Assembly (NCBI GenBank): GCA_963706715.1
Contig: CAVPNI010000003.1
Location: 512,001 to 576,000 of the forward strand
Direction of reading: 5' to 3'
Length of the DNA stretch: 64,000 bases
From: an uncultured Verrucomicrobiae bacterium
GTDB lineage: Bacteria; Verrucomicrobiota; Verrucomicrobiia; Chthoniobacterales; Xiphinematobacteraceae
Below are positions 63,815-64,000 of the stretch, piece after piece (position 1 is the stretch's first letter; each line of letters opens with the position of its first letter). The position numbers and the translations under genes are program-made. The notes below the pieces were generated by a model. That model was not told the origin of the DNA. It saw only the letters and a list, made by a program, of their open reading frames with translations, and did no database searches.

Positions 63815-64000
63815 TCACGGTTGATTTTTATCCCGACAAAACCAGATGTCTCGGATTGCAGAATCGTTACTTTTTGGCTTGGGATGGACATTTCGTACCT
63901 TAAATGTTGTTGGAAGGTTGGCGGAGTTGCCGAAGATTAAGGCGTGCTGTTTGGGCAAAGAAGGTAACCGTTTCATCACACTATCGGAAATGAAAGGTGT
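63815..64000 (-). CDS. herA: C-terminus of a second HerA paralogue (runs off window)
   Basis: TPFISDSVMKRLPSLPKQHALIFGN...AIRDIWFCRDKNQP*, nearly identical to the end of 39103-41082. Confidence 0.9.
   Translation of the reverse strand, partial: TPFISDSVMKRLPSLPKQHALIFGNSANLPTTFKVRNVHPKPKSNDSAIRDIWFCRDKNQP

Overview
Bacterial chromosomal window that is mostly accessory DNA. The few core-like genes (double-length uvrA, spmA-spmB fusion) suggest a PVC-superphylum host such as Verrucomicrobiota; this is inference only. Four zones: (1) 1-22040, the right part of an integrative element ending in a duplicated tRNA-Gly 3' end (attR). It carries rep with intragenic palindromic iterons, a toprim primase, mobC/relaxase/coupling protein, topoisomerase III, a ClpB-D2-like ATPase, parA plus partner, an AbiEii-type TA pair, a group II intron, and a four-gene operon: adenine methyltransferase, GHKL-ATPase/histidine-kinase fusion, receiver protein, HNH nuclease. 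(2) 22040-25700, IS701/IS1380 debris and MITEs. (3) 25700-35500, host genes with nested IS/MITE insertions. (4) 35700-64000, a defence island at tRNA-Asp-derived att sites with AbiE, Sir2-HerA, Wadjet jetABCD, truncated IetAS, REase-nSTAND3, a zeta-toxin-like pair and a second herA, riddled with IS elements, a class IIC-like intron and an ORF-less group II intron. Best candidates for new biology: the MTase/GHKL-HK/receiver/HNH operon, a rep frame with no start codon that stays open through attR (possible excision-activated replication), and a repeated tRNA-Asp att-derived motif at defence module boundaries. All family assignments come from motif recognition by eye; no searches were run.
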